64,000 nt of DNA from Chloroflexota bacterium (GCA_963662335.2 CAXXVD010000002.1:480001-544000), one strand, 5' to 3'; positions 29,105 through 38,187 are shown, counted from the first letter of the stretch. Notes: generated from the letters alone by a model not told the origin. Program-made: numbers and translations.

Positions 29105-29135
29105 ATTATAGCGTTATACGCTAGAAAGGAGTCAA
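29105..29135 (-). promoter_or_regulatory. Promoter of the hicB-hicA-like pair with internal palindromic operator
   Basis: TTGACT-19-TATAAT; TAGCGT-TAT-ACGCTA inverted repeat at 29109-29123. Confidence 0.5.
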
Positions 29136-29306
29136 GGGTTATCAGACTAAAATCCTAGGAAATCTATTCTTTCAGAGCCGGACGATGTGATCAATGCGGT
29201 TCCAGCGGCTCTTCCCCGTCCAATAGCAGCGGTATAGGTGAGAGAAAGAGACCAGCTAGAATCAAGCTAAGTACGTTATTCCGGATTCTATCCAGGAGCG
29301 GTAGTT

Positions 29307-30242
29307 TCAACTAAGGGAGAAGATAGCAGAGTATTGCGACATGTCCTTTTGGTCGTCGTCCATATGTATTACAAGGACAACGTTCATACCTTTCCAAATA
29401 CGCCAAGCTTGCCAGCCGACAACGGAATCGCCAATGCTTAGATAAGGCACCCATTCAATTGGATTGCCGACGAAATCAGGGTAAGGGTGGACTGATCCTT
29501 GACTGCCACTCTCCATAATGAGGCTAGTTGGTTGGGCACTGCTGCATCGAACGATCCATGTACCTACGCATATGTGATAGTTGAAGAATGCCTTGTTCTC
29601 TCCTAGTGTATTGATGCCTGCGAGCTTGACCCTGTACTTCACGGCTACGTCTTCTTCGTCGTGTTTAGGTGCCGTATAATCAATATATTTGTTGCTTCGC
29701 TTTAGGAGATTAGCTTGATCAACTACTGCCTGACCTCTCATGACCTCCAGTACAGTCACCTCCCAGGTTTCGCCATCGTGAGTGAAGCGATGCGGCACAC
29801 CCACAGGCACGGTTGATACACCAGGCCATGCCACTGGTGCAGGCGTGGGTGTGGATAGTGGCACTGGCGTTGGCTGCGGTACCGGCGTTGCGACACCGCC
29901 CCCTGGCGCGTAATCTGCCTCCCAGGGGAAACGCTCGGTGTTGAGCCGCACCACTAGCCCGTTCGGGCCGTTGATCCACGTGCGGTAGCCGTCGGTGAAC
30001 GCAGTCCAATTGTCGGCCTTGCGCCACGCCATGAGGCCGCCAGTGGTCTGTTGATTGCTGTCGCCAATATGGTTGTAGTGCTCGTTCTCCAGGCAGTCGC
30101 CGACAATGTCATGCCCAATTAGATCCCGCAGGGTTGCGAAGCCGAGCCGGAACTCGCAGTGATTGGTGGCGGTTGTTGGAGTGGATAGTAGCAAGAACAA
30201 AAACGCGGACAGAATGAGAGATCGTTGGACTAAGGAACGCAT
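29307..30242 (-). CDS. Secreted protein: signal peptide, Chloroflexi-type N-terminal domain, Pro/Thr linker, AT-rich C-terminal domain
   Basis: AAGGAGG RBS; CEFRLGF..L...VGDCLE...QQTTGGLMAWRKADNWTAFTDGYRTW domain. Confidence 0.8.
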   Translation of the reverse strand: MRSLVQRSLILSAFLFLLLSTPTTATNHCEFRLGFATLRDLIGHDIVGDCLENEHYNHIGDSNQQTTGGLMAWRKADNWTAFTDGYRTWINGPNGLVVRLNTERFPWEADYAPGGGVATPVPQPTPVPLSTPTPAPVAWPGVSTVPVGVPHRFTHDGETWEVTVLEVMRGQAVVDQANLLKRSNKYIDYTAPKHDEEDVAVKYRVKLAGINTLGENKAFFNYHICVGTWIVRCSSAQPTSLIMESGSQGSVHPYPDFVGNPIEWVPYLSIGDSVVGWQAWRIWKGMNVVLVIHMDDDQKDMSQYSAIFSLS

Positions 30243-30281
30243 TGCTGGTGCCTCCTTGCGACACGCTACATAGTGAACGGG

Positions 30282-30389
30282 TTGCTACAGCCTGACACCA
30301 GAGTGGGCCGCAAGGAGACGTGCAAGCACGTCACTACGAGGGTGTCTCGATCTGAGACCCACTGCTGGTGCGTATTCAAGCTGTAGCAA
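30282..30389 (-). ncRNA. Candidate structured RNA / 5' leader (three-way junction), unassigned family
   Basis: 14-bp closing helix, two further helices, gCUUGc tetraloop; G-U pairs only work on the minus strand; promoter directly upstream. Confidence 0.55.
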
Positions 30390-30394
30390 GTTGC

Positions 30395-30423
30395 AAGGTA
30401 GCAAGAGGCAAAATGCTAGTCAA
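30395..30423 (-). promoter_or_regulatory. Sigma70-type promoter inside an IS1595-like end
   Basis: TTGACT-17-TACCTT; predicted start site near 30388. Confidence 0.5.
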
Positions 30424-30522
30424 GTTTAAGTCTGCCTACTCCGGGAAGCGCCGCCATTGACAAGCTAGCACTCGCTGGCTAGGATTAAGGGGAGTTTGAG
30501 GCAGGCTTGAGGAGGAGCGGCA

Positions 30523-30711
30523 GTGGCGGCGATTGACGAGAGGGTTGCGCGGATTGAGGGCGGCTACGAGCACTTGGTGACGAAGGCTGACATCGCACGG
30601 CTTGAAGGCGAAATGAAGGCGATGGAAAGCCGGCTCATTCGCTGGATAGTGGTAGTGATGGTACTGTGGGGCGGGGCGCTGATAGCCGCGATGCAGTTTA
30701 TCCCGGTCTGA
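30523..30711 (+). CDS. Small coiled-coil plus TM protein (DUF1640-like)
   Basis: GAGGAGG RBS; HLVTKADIARLE..ESRLIRW then a TM helix. Confidence 0.75.
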   Translation: MAAIDERVARIEGGYEHLVTKADIARLEGEMKAMESRLIRWIVVVMVLWGGALIAAMQFIPV

Positions 30712-30871
30712 TGCGGTTCTTCGCATTCTGACAGGCTGCGGGTAGTTGAAAGAGACCGATATCTGCATCTTCCGAGTTGCTGGCAGCGAGATTGCTTGAC
30801 CAATAGGCTTGGAATCAGTACGATAGAAGCAGTGGCAGGCGCCGTAGCGTTGAGTGGGTAGGATGTCATTT

Positions 30872-31231
30872 ATGTTATCTGTGACACCGACGGCGGTTGA
30901 GCATTTGAAGGGGTTGTTGACGCAGCAGGGGAATCCTGAGGCGGGGTTGCGGGTATTTGTGTCGCCGGGGGGGTGTTCGGGATTTCAGTACGGGATGTCG
31001 ATGGAGGAGCGCGCGGACGACGGTGACGAGGTGATCGAGGAGGCGGGTGTGCGTGTGTTCGTGGACCCGTTCAGCCTGATGTACCTCAGCGGCTCGGAGA
31101 TCGACTTTAGCGACGCCTTGATTGGCGGCGGGTTTACCATCCTGAATCCCAACGCGGAAAAGTCGTGCTCGTGCGGGCAGTCGTTCGATACGGCGGAGAG
31201 CGCCGGCGAGGCGCGGCCTTGTAGCACGTGA
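30872..31231 (+). CDS. erpA: A-type Fe-S carrier (ErpA/IscA/HesB)
   Basis: GGCSGFQY, NPNA..SCSCGQSF. Confidence 0.9.
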   Translation: MLSVTPTAVEHLKGLLTQQGNPEAGLRVFVSPGGCSGFQYGMSMEERADDGDEVIEEAGVRVFVDPFSLMYLSGSEIDFSDALIGGGFTILNPNAEKSCSCGQSFDTAESAGEARPCST

Positions 31232-31260
31232 CTGACGGGATAGTAAAGGCCGGTTCGTGA

Positions 31261-31293
31261 AGTCCCACTTGTGGTGAGTGGGGCTTTTCTCTT
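31261..31293 (+). terminator. Rho-independent terminator after erpA
   Basis: AGTCCCACTT..GAGTGGGGCT stem followed by TTTCTCTTT. Confidence 0.65.
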
Positions 31294-31346
31294 TCTATAG
31301 ATGGTCTTCCTGTGGCGTAGCGCGGGGGCTTGTCCCCCGCTGGCCT

Positions 31347-31493
31347 CTGACATGGGTACGTCTTCAGTGATCGACTTCACGAGTCATTCCGAACGGAGCG
31401 CAGCGGAGTGAGGAATCTTAGGCGCTGCCCCACAATGTCAACATCTCTAGATTCCTCGCTGCGCTCGGAATGACATTTATGTACCCCTGTCAG
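31347..31493. mobile_element. 147-bp MITE-like element (CTGACA.GGGTA...TACCCCTGTCAG) enclosing a REP doublet
   Basis: Terminal IRs; inverted homolog of 43927-44073 and 48554-48699. Confidence 0.75.
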
Positions 31494-31742
31494 CCCGCAC
31501 GGGTGGTGGGGTGCGCCGGCAAAGAGAAGATGGATTCCGGCTTGCGCCGGAATGACGGAGAGAGGCGCGGCCGTGCGGCACGTGACGTGATTCCGCACGG
31601 TTTGGTAGGGGAAGTCCCGCTCCACCGGAGCGGGGCTTGCTTCATTAGTTGGGTAGACGACTTTGTGGGGTTTGGATTCGCCGTTTTTGCCACCAGACGC
31701 GGTGGCGGAGACGCGCTTGGGCACGTGTAAGCTCTCTCAGAG

Positions 31743-32182
31743 GCGGGGGACAAGCCTCCGCGCTACAAGGTGTGAGGCCCCATGCTTCGGACCAAGAGCG
31801 GGGGACAAGCCCCCGCGCTCCAGGGCGTGAGGCCTCATGCTTCAGACCAAGAGCGGGGGACAAGCCCCCGCGCTACAGGGCGTGAGGCCCCATGCTTCGG
31901 ACCAAGAGCGGGGGACAAGCCCCCGCGCTACAGGGTGTGGGGCCTCGTGCTAGGGAGCAAGAGCGGGGGACAAGCCCCCGCGCTACAAGGTTTGAGGCCC
32001 CATGCTTTGGACCAAGAGCGGGGGACAAGCCCCCGCGCTACAAGGTTTGAGGCCCCATGCTTTGGACCAAGAGCGGGGGACAAGCCCCCGCGCTACAGGG
32101 TGTGGGGCCTCGTGCTTCGGACCAAGAGCGGGGGACAAGCCCCCGCGCTACGGGGATTGAGGCCTCGTGCTACGGTCTAAGC
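31743..32182. repeat. Tandem array of 8 x 55-bp units (24-bp GTAG REP plus 31-bp hairpin linker), BIME-like
   Basis: REP starts at 31743, 31798, 31853, 31908, 31963, 32018, 32073, 32128. Confidence 0.95.
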
Positions 32183-32337
32183 GATGTGCCGGTGGCAGGC
32201 TAAGTCAAGCGGTGGTGGGGTCTCAATTAGAGTCCAAGGGGCGTGCGTTCCGCTTTCATTCTCACCCCGTTGCAGGTATCCTTAATCGTACTACACTCCC
32301 CTTGGCGCGAACGACATTCCAGGAGCGACTTCACTGC

Positions 32338-35300
32338 ATGAAGCAATTCACCCACCTGCATCTGCACTCGCACTACAGCCTGCTGGACGGCATGAGCCGC
32401 ATGCCGGAGTTGATGGAGCGCGCGAAGGAACTCGGCTTCGCGGCGATCGGCCTCACCGACCACGGCGTGCTCTACGGCGCGATCGAGTTCTATGAGGAAG
32501 CGCGCAGCCGGGGCATCAAGCCGATTATTGGCTGCGAGGTCTACGTGGCGGCGCGCACGCGCCACGACAAGGAGCCGAAGCTGGACGACCGGCAGTACCA
32601 CCTGACGCTGCTGGCCAAGAATAACCAGGGCTACAGCAACCTGGTCAAGTTGGCCACCCAGGCCCAGTTGGAAGGCTTCTACTACAAGCCGCGGGTGGAC
32701 CGCGAACTGCTGGAGCAGTATCACGAGGGCCTCATCTGCCTCTCCGGTTGCCCTTCCGGGGAGATTCCGCGCGCGTTGCAGGACGGCAACGAGGAAAAGG
32801 CCCGGGAGACAGCGCAGTTCTACCGCGAGTTATTCGGCCCGGAGAACTTCTACATCGAAATCCAAGACCACGGCATGGCGTGGGAGCAGGAGGTTGCCAC
32901 GAAACTCGTCGCGCTGGCGCGGGAACTCGACCTGCCGCTGGTGGCCACCAACGACGGCCACTACACCCGCCGCGAGGACGCCGAGGCCCACGACGTGTTG
33001 ATGTGCATCCAGACCAACAGCAAGGTCACCGACGAGAACCGCATGCGCATGGAGACGGAAGAATTCTACCTGCGCAGCGCGGACGAGATGTGGGAGCGGT
33101 TCGCGGACTTGCCCGAAGCCCTCGAGAACACCATGAAGATCGCGGAGGCGTGCAACGTGGAGTTGGCGCTGGACCAGCGCATCCTGCCCCACTTCGAGGT
33201 GCCGGCCGGGCATGACGAGCGTTCATATCTGCACGAGATCTGCACGGCGGGCCTGGCGAAACTCTATCCAGAAGCCGACGCCAACGCGCAGGAGCGCCTG
33301 GAATACGAGCTTGACGTAATTGGCGAGATGGGTTTTTCGTCGTATCTGCTGATTGCGGCGGACTTCGTGAACTGGGCCAAGGAGCAGGGCATACCCACCA
33401 CCGTGCGGGGTTCCGCGGCCGGCAGTCTCGTCTGCTACACCGCCGGCATCACCGACATCGACCCCTTGCACTACGGCCTCATCTTCGAGCGTTTCCTCAA
33501 TCCCTCACGCTACACCATGCCGGACATCGACGTGGACCTGATGGACGTGCGCCGGGACGAGGTCATCGAGTACGTGACGGCGAAGTACGGCGCGGATCAC
33601 GTGGCGCAGATCATCACCTTTGGGACCATGAAGGCGCGGGCGGCCGTGCGCGACGTGGGCCGGGCGCTCGGCATGTCCTACGGCGAGGTGGACCGGGTCG
33701 CGAAGTTGATTCCCATGATGTCAACGGTGACCGAGGCGCTGCAAGCCGCGCCCGAACTGAAAGACCTGATGGAAGACGAGCCCCAGGTGAAACGACTGCT
33801 GGGCCTGGCCGAGCGGCTGGAGGGCGTGGCGCGCCATGCCTCCACCCACGCGGCCGGGGTGGTGATTTCGCGGGAGCCGCTCACCGAGTACGTGCCCTTG
33901 CAGCGCAACGTCGGCGACGACGGCGTCATGACCCAGTTCGAGATGAACGCCATCGAGAAGATCGGCCTGCTCAAGATGGATTTTCTCGGCCTGCGCAATC
34001 TCACCGTGCTGGACCGGGCGGTGCGCTTCATCGCCCAGACGCGCGGCGAGGCGCTCGACCTGAAGCAAATCCCGCTGGACGACGGCACAACCTTCGAACT
34101 GCTCTCGTCGGGTGAGACCACCGGCGTCTTCCAGTTGGAATCGGACGGCATGAGGCGCTACGTAAAAGAATTGCAGCCGGACCGCATCGAGGACGTGATG
34201 GCGCTGGTGGCGCTCTACCGGCCGGGGCCGATGGCGTACATTCCCCAGTACGTGGCGCGGCGGCACGGGCGCGAGGAAGCCTCGGCGCGGCATCCGCTCA
34301 TGTCCGCGGTGCTGGAGCGCACCTACGGCATCATGGTCTATCAGGAGGACGTGATGGCGGTGGCGCAGGCAGTGGCCGGCTATACCCTGGCCGAGGCCGA
34401 CAAGCTCTGCTACGCCGTGCGCAAGAAGATCGCCCACGAGTTGCAGGAGCACCGGCAGCGGTTTGTGGCCGGGGCGGTGGAGAACGGCCTGGCGAAGCGG
34501 TTGGCGGAGGCCATCTTCGACGACTTCGAGCCGTTCGCGCGCTACGGGTTCAACCAGGCGCACGCCACCTGCTACGGCACGATTGCCTACCAGACCGCCT
34601 ATCTGAAAGCCAACTATCCCACCGAGTACATGACCGCGGTCTTGAGCACCGAGCTCGGCAACACGGACAGGATCATCGAGGTGGTGCGCGAGTGCGGGCG
34701 CCTGGACGTGAAGGTCTCGCCGCCGAACGTGAACGAAAGCGAATCCAGTTTTGCGGTGAGAGAGGGCACGGTCTATTTCGGGCTGGCCGCGGTGAAGAAC
34801 GTGGGCACGGCGGCGGCGGAGGCGATAGCCGCCGAGCGCGCGGAAGGGCCGTACCAGGATTTCTACGACTTTTGCGTGCGCATCGACCAGCGGGTGGTGA
34901 ACCGGCGCGCCCTGGAGAGCCTGATCAAGGTGGGCGCGTTGGACACCATGGGCGAGCGAGCGGCCCTGCTAGCCAGCCTGGACGACGTGCTGCCGGCCAC
35001 GCAGCGGGCGCAGAACGCCAGCAACCAGGGCCCCACGCTCTTCGAGACGTTCCTGGGCGAGGAGCAGGCCGCTGAACTCACCAGTTTTACGCTGCCCAAG
35101 ACGGACCCGGCGACGCCGGAAGAGAAGGGTCTCTGGGAAAAGGAACTGCTGGGCGACTACCTCTCGGAAAGCCCGTTCAAGGCGCATAGCGCGCAATTGC
35201 GCGCCGCCGCTGATACCACGGCGGCGGAGATTACGCGGGAAAAGGAAAACCGGCGGGTCACGGTGGCCGGGCGCATCGAGTCCGTGCGCAGGATATTCAC

Positions 35301-36051
35301 GCGCAAACAGGAGTACATGGCGGCGGTCGTGCTGGAAGATGAAAGCGGCCAGATTGGGGTGACGGTCTTTCCCAAGGCCTACGCGGAACACGCCGCGCTG
35401 CTGACGAACGGCGCGTTCGTGGTGGTGCGGGGGCGGGTGGAGTTGGATAGCCGCGACGACGTGCTGCGGGTGTTGGCGGAGAACGTGCGGCCTTTGGACG
35501 ATGCCGCTGCGGCCGGGGAGCCGGTGGCAAAAGAAAGTGGCGCCGCGCAACCGGCGTGGAACAACGCGCAGCCGCCGGCGGAGAGCGCGGCGGCTACACC
35601 GTCCGCGCGGGAAGACGGCCTGCCCGATTGGGTGCTGGACGGCAACGAAACTGCGGCGGAAGCGCCCGCCGCCGGTAACGAAGCCGGGGCCGGTGAACCG
35701 GAGCCTGCGCCGGCCGAGGAGGAAACCGCCGCGCCGGCCGCGCCCGCAGAAAGCTATCAGGATGTCTCACCGGATACCCAGCCGGCAGCAGCGGCGCCCG
35801 CGTCCAATGGGCCGGAGGTGGAACTGGTGCTCCAGCGCACTGACGATGACGCGCGGGACTTGCAGCGCTTGCAGCAGCTTGCCGAGGTACTGACCCGCAA
35901 TCCCGGCGACCTGCGCGTGACGTTGCGGATCGTGCTCAACGGCGTGCAGGCGCGTATCGACACGCACGATCGCATCGCGCTCACGCCGGCGGTGGAGGAC
36001 GAGATCGAGGGGCTGCTGGGCACCGCTCCCATGCGAAAGCCGGGCGCGTGA
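32338..36051 (+). CDS. dnaE: DNA polymerase III alpha subunit
   Basis: PHP HLHLHS..SLLDG, RGSAAGS, PDIDVD, KMDFLGL, YGFN..H, OB fold; ATG at 32338. Confidence 0.98.
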   Translation: MKQFTHLHLHSHYSLLDGMSRMPELMERAKELGFAAIGLTDHGVLYGAIEFYEEARSRGIKPIIGCEVYVAARTRHDKEPKLDDRQYHLTLLAKNNQGYSNLVKLATQAQLEGFYYKPRVDRELLEQYHEGLICLSGCPSGEIPRALQDGNEEKARETAQFYRELFGPENFYIEIQDHGMAWEQEVATKLVALARELDLPLVATNDGHYTRREDAEAHDVLMCIQTNSKVTDENRMRMETEEFYLRSADEMWERFADLPEALENTMKIAEACNVELALDQRILPHFEVPAGHDERSYLHEICTAGLAKLYPEADANAQERLEYELDVIGEMGFSSYLLIAADFVNWAKEQGIPTTVRGSAAGSLVCYTAGITDIDPLHYGLIFERFLNPSRYTMPDIDVDLMDVRRDEVIEYVTAKYGADHVAQIITFGTMKARAAVRDVGRALGMSYGEVDRVAKLIPMMSTVTEALQAAPELKDLMEDEPQVKRLLGLAERLEGVARHASTHAAGVVISREPLTEYVPLQRNVGDDGVMTQFEMNAIEKIGLLKMDFLGLRNLTVLDRAVRFIAQTRGEALDLKQIPLDDGTTFELLSSGETTGVFQLESDGMRRYVKELQPDRIEDVMALVALYRPGPMAYIPQYVARRHGREEASARHPLMSAVLERTYGIMVYQEDVMAVAQAVAGYTLAEADKLCYAVRKKIAHELQEHRQRFVAGAVENGLAKRLAEAIFDDFEPFARYGFNQAHATCYGTIAYQTAYLKANYPTEYMTAVLSTELGNTDRIIEVVRECGRLDVKVSPPNVNESESSFAVREGTVYFGLAAVKNVGTAAAEAIAAERAEGPYQDFYDFCVRIDQRVVNRRALESLIKVGALDTMGERAALLASLDDVLPATQRAQNASNQGPTLFETFLGEEQAAELTSFTLPKTDPATPEEKGLWEKELLGDYLSESPFKAHSAQLRAAADTTAAEITREKENRRVTVAGRIESVRRIFTRKQEYMAAVVLEDESGQIGVTVFPKAYAEHAALLTNGAFVVVRGRVELDSRDDVLRVLAENVRPLDDAAAAGEPVAKESGAAQPAWNNAQPPAESAAATPSAREDGLPDWVLDGNETAAEAPAAGNEAGAGEPEPAPAEEETAAPAAPAESYQDVSPDTQPAAAAPASNGPEVELVLQRTDDDARDLQRLQQLAEVLTRNPGDLRVTLRIVLNGVQARIDTHDRIALTPAVEDEIEGLLGTAPMRKPGA

Positions 36052-37082
36052 GCAGCGGCGCGCTCTATTCGCGACCGTTTGACTGCGGCGCGGCGGCGCT
36101 CCGCATCGGCGCGTTGTGCGTCTTGCTGGTGTTCTGCGGCGCATTCCCGCCGCCGCTCGGCGCATCCGCGCGCGCAAACGCCGCGGCAACCGCGGTAGGC
36201 GAGGAAGCGCGCTCTCCCAGGCAAGAGGGACGGGGTGAAGGCGCCGCGCGCTCGGCCCGGCCCGACCTGCGCGCCGGGGAGCGCTTCACCGTATTGCTGG
36301 TCGGCCTCGACCGGCGGCAGCCCACGGAACAGTCGCGCAGCGACGTCATCATGCTGCTCAGCATCGAGCGCAAGAGCCGCTCGCTCTCGCTGCTCTCGAT
36401 TCCGCGCGACCTCTGGGTAACCATCCCCGGCTATGGCTGGTACCGGGTCAACGCGGCATATTTCTTTGGCGAGGTCTACCAGGGCGATGGGCCGGCGTTG
36501 GCGCGCCGGACGGTTGAGGCGGTCTTCGACGTGCCTATACATGCCGTGGCGGCGGTTGACTTTGCTTCCTTCACCGCCCTCGTCGACGCCTTTGGCGGGG
36601 TTGACGTAACGGTTGCCAAGACCCTCGTCGACGACCGGTATCCCACGCTGGACTACGGCTACACGCGCATCGTCATTCCCGAGGGCGTGCAGCACATGGA
36701 CGGCGCCACGGCGCTGGTCTACGCCCGCACGCGCCACCCGGACAACGACTTCAAGCGCATGGGCCGCCAGCAAAACTTCATGCTCGCGGCGCGGACGAAA
36801 CTCTTTGCGGAAGAGTCGATCCGCGCGTTCCCCCTCCTCTACAAGCAGTTCAATGAGGTAATCGAGACCGACCTCACGCCGGGCGAGCAACTCTACTTGC
36901 TGCGCGACCTCTACCTGCTGCGCGACGCGCCGGTCAAGGCGCGTGTCATCGAGCCGCCTTTGGTCTACAACTACGTGACGGCCGGCGGCGCGCACGTGCT
37001 GCTGCCGGATTGGGAGCGCGTGCGGCCGATCATCGACGAGCTATTCGGCGGCGCGGTTGAGGAGCCGGCGGCCGCGGAGTGA
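36048..37082 (+). CDS. LCP (LytR-CpsA-Psr) family protein
   Basis: LLVGLD, RSDVIML, SIPRD, YARTR, DFKRMGRQQ. Confidence 0.92.
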   Translation: MSSGALYSRPFDCGAAALRIGALCVLLVFCGAFPPPLGASARANAAATAVGEEARSPRQEGRGEGAARSARPDLRAGERFTVLLVGLDRRQPTEQSRSDVIMLLSIERKSRSLSLLSIPRDLWVTIPGYGWYRVNAAYFFGEVYQGDGPALARRTVEAVFDVPIHAVAAVDFASFTALVDAFGGVDVTVAKTLVDDRYPTLDYGYTRIVIPEGVQHMDGATALVYARTRHPDNDFKRMGRQQNFMLAARTKLFAEESIRAFPLLYKQFNEVIETDLTPGEQLYLLRDLYLLRDAPVKARVIEPPLVYNYVTAGGAHVLLPDWERVRPIIDELFGGAVEEPAAAE

Positions 37083-37190
37083 AAGACGATGCGGCTGCCG
37101 CCTGAATGCCGCGCGTTGCGTAACCGTCGCTGCCCCGAAAACAGCGGCGGTTACGCAAAGCTCCTGGCGTTGAACCTCTGGCGGGATGGG

Positions 37191-37218
37191 GTAGGGGCAC
37201 GACATGTCGTGCCCCTAC
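37191..37218. repeat. GTAG REP, second family
   Basis: Perfect palindrome GTAGGGGCACGACATGTCGTGCCCCTAC; identical copy at 59079-59106. Confidence 0.9.
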
Positions 37219-37284
37219 CCCGTCCCTGGCGTGGGACAACCTTTCGCGCGACCAGGATGGGATAGGCGGGCGGGGGACAAGCCC

Positions 37285-37498
37285 CAATGTTGTCGCATTA
37301 ACGTAGCGCGGGGGCTTGTCCCCCGCCGGTGTGCAAGGCACGGAGGGCGATCGCCGAAGGTTTCCCTCCGGCGGATGACGCCAACCTCTTGACCTTAGGA
37401 AGACGCAGGTTGCAAACCTGCGCTACCGGAGAAGACCTGCGCTACCGGAGAATTTGTACGCGAGCTTTGCCGTAGTTCTGTTTAATGCCACAGCATTG
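37285..37498. mobile_element. IS4-type MITE copy A inserted in a REP
   Basis: TIRs CAATGTTGTCGCATTAA / TTAATGCCACAGCATTG; exact 11-bp TSD GGGACAAGCCC (37274-84, 37499-509). Confidence 0.85.
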
Positions 37499-37592
37499 GG
37501 GACAAGCCCTGGCGCTACGGGGATGCGCAACGTAGGCGGGGGACAAGCCCCCGCGCTACGAGGATGCGTGAGGCAGTGGCGTCCAAAGGGGG

Positions 37593-37665
37593 AGCGGGAG
37601 ACGGGACTCGAACCCGCGACATCCAGCTTGGAAGGCTAGCGCTCTGCCAACTGAGCTACTCCCGC
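37593..37665 (-). tRNA. tRNA-Gly (TCC)
   Basis: GCGGGAGTAGCTCAGTTGGCAGAGC-CTAGC CT TCC AA GCTGG-GCGGGTTCGAGTCCCG-CTCCCGCT; CCA not encoded. Confidence 0.97.
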
Positions 37666-37833
37666 AGTGCGCTCCGCGCCTCTCCAGTATAGCCCAGCGG
37701 CCGGCGCGGTGAAATGGGATTCGGCGCGCCGGGCGGGTGTTTCACGGCTCTCCCGCCGCGCGACGGTTCGCGCCGCCGCTCTGCCGGCGAGGCGGCTTGC
37801 GGCGGCGGCGCGATGCGGTATAATCCAGATACT

Positions 37834-38187
37834 ATGAAACGGCAATGGTCCGGACAGCGTCGCTGGGGCGCGTACGTCTTGCGGCTCCTCACGGAGCGCC
37901 CGCGCGAACTCATCGAGCCGTCGATCGACGAGAGTCCCGTGCCCGGGTGGGTGTTGATCTGGTCGTTGATCCTCATCAAGCTCTTCATCGGCGGCGCAAT
38001 TCTCTTCTTCTTCAGCGCGGAAGAATCACTCATCTTCGTCATTGGCACCCATTGGATGGCGCCGGCGGCGATCGTGGCGCTGCTCTTGCCGCTGGGCGTC
38101 TATTGGGCGCGGCTGTGGCGAATGCGGCTGCGGCGCGCTGAGTTGCAGCGCGCCGAATGGCACGTCGAGCGGCCGCGCAAACGGTAG
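37834..38187 (+). CDS. Small hypothetical membrane protein
   Basis: Two TM segments, C-terminal R..R..L.RAEW; TATAAT upstream. Confidence 0.7.
   Translation: MKRQWSGQRRWGAYVLRLLTERPRELIEPSIDESPVPGWVLIWSLILIKLFIGGAILFFFSAEESLIFVIGTHWMAPAAIVALLLPLGVYWARLWRMRLRRAELQRAEWHVERPRKR

Noticed and set aside
30282-30389. Retron msr-msd or a known riboswitch
   Set aside because: No reverse transcriptase in the window and no recognisable aptamer consensus; kept as an unassigned RNA
31743-32182. CRISPR array, and the 132-aa ORF at 31782-32180
   Set aside because: The 'spacers' are variants of one sequence, the repeat is a dispersed REP, there are no cas genes, and the ORF is a translation of the repeat
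32338-36051. Intein in DnaE
   Set aside because: No Hint or LAGLIDADG motifs; the extra length is a low-complexity linker
37500-37665. Integrated element at the tRNA-Gly 3' end
   Set aside because: No integrase and no duplicated tRNA 3' end in the window
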